From positions 18,308,819-18,372,818 of the forward strand of contig MU054323.1 in the NCBI GenBank assembly GCA_013239625.1: a stretch of DNA of 64,000 nucleotides. The letters run 5' to 3'. The stretch comes from Lama guanicoe (taxonomy: Eukaryota). The notes beneath the pieces were generated by a model that was not told where the DNA came from, ran no database searches, and saw only the letters and a program-made list of their open reading frames with translations. This document shows positions 63,641-64,000 of this stretch, in pieces. The position numbers were made by a program, and so were the translations under genes. The stretch's first letter is position 1, and every line of letters starts with the position of its first letter.

Positions 63641-64000
63641 TTTGTGGCTCCTAATGGTCTTCTCATGGACAGACAGGGGTATTTTTCCTCTTCTTCTCTT
63701 TTTTCCCTTTTTCTTTAAACAAAAAGATGTGGTGATTGGGTAGAAGGCACCAGATGAGGGGTAGAGTCAGGGTATCATGAATCCTGAAGAATCTCTCTTA
63801 CACCCAGTGGAAGATACATAATTTTTATATAAAAGGCTCAATGTCAGAATCAGGTTGGAACAGGGGACTTCCCTCAAAGTTGCATTTGCCTTTGGCTATC
63901 AAATCCTTTATTTTTTTCTTAGGAGGTGTTTTGGTGGGAGGTGGGGGTGGCCAATGGAGAGATGGGGTGGGGAGGTGAAAGCCCCTCCCAAAGATGCCTT

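Larger units (their letters stand above)
1..64000 (-). other. SLC8A1: Internal segment of the SLC8A1 (NCX1) gene: 3' end of the large intron after the big first coding exon, exons A-F, and two constitutive exons
   Basis: Eight exons in the expected order and phase translate to the NCX1 CBD2 region. Neither the large upstream coding exon nor the downstream GEDDDDD exon was found in the window. Confidence 0.97.

Noticed and set aside
21450..64000. circSLC8A1-forming exon or a third A/B-like exon
   Set aside because: The large circularising exon lies outside the window, and I saw no further Calx-beta-like exon. A tBLASTn with the exon A/B peptides would be needed to exclude a degenerate copy.

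Overview
This is mammalian genomic DNA, not prokaryotic. The window lies inside SLC8A1 (Na+/Ca2+ exchanger NCX1), transcribed on the - strand. It holds the complete alternatively spliced CBD2 (Calx-beta 2) cassette: mutually exclusive exons A (21343-21449) and B (20696-20799), microexons C (21 nt), D (18 nt) and E (15 nt), exon F (69 nt), and the next two constitutive exons (8271-8401, 3588-3687). All have GT-AG borders and consistent phases. Positions 21450-64000 are the 3' part of the large upstream intron, filled with L1/L2/MIR fragments, solo LTRs, hAT MER elements and tRNA-Ala-derived SINEs that suggest a camelid genome. Apart from the few ORFs overlapping these exons, the supplied ORFs look spurious. 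I found no wholly new biological system. The most interesting signals are the splicing-control architecture around exons A-F, a candidate 31-nt poison microexon upstream of exon A, an ETS-motif minisatellite, an unidentified polyadenylated retro-insertion, and possible antisense-transcript elements. All coordinates were read by eye, and repeat family names and reference protein comparisons come from memory.
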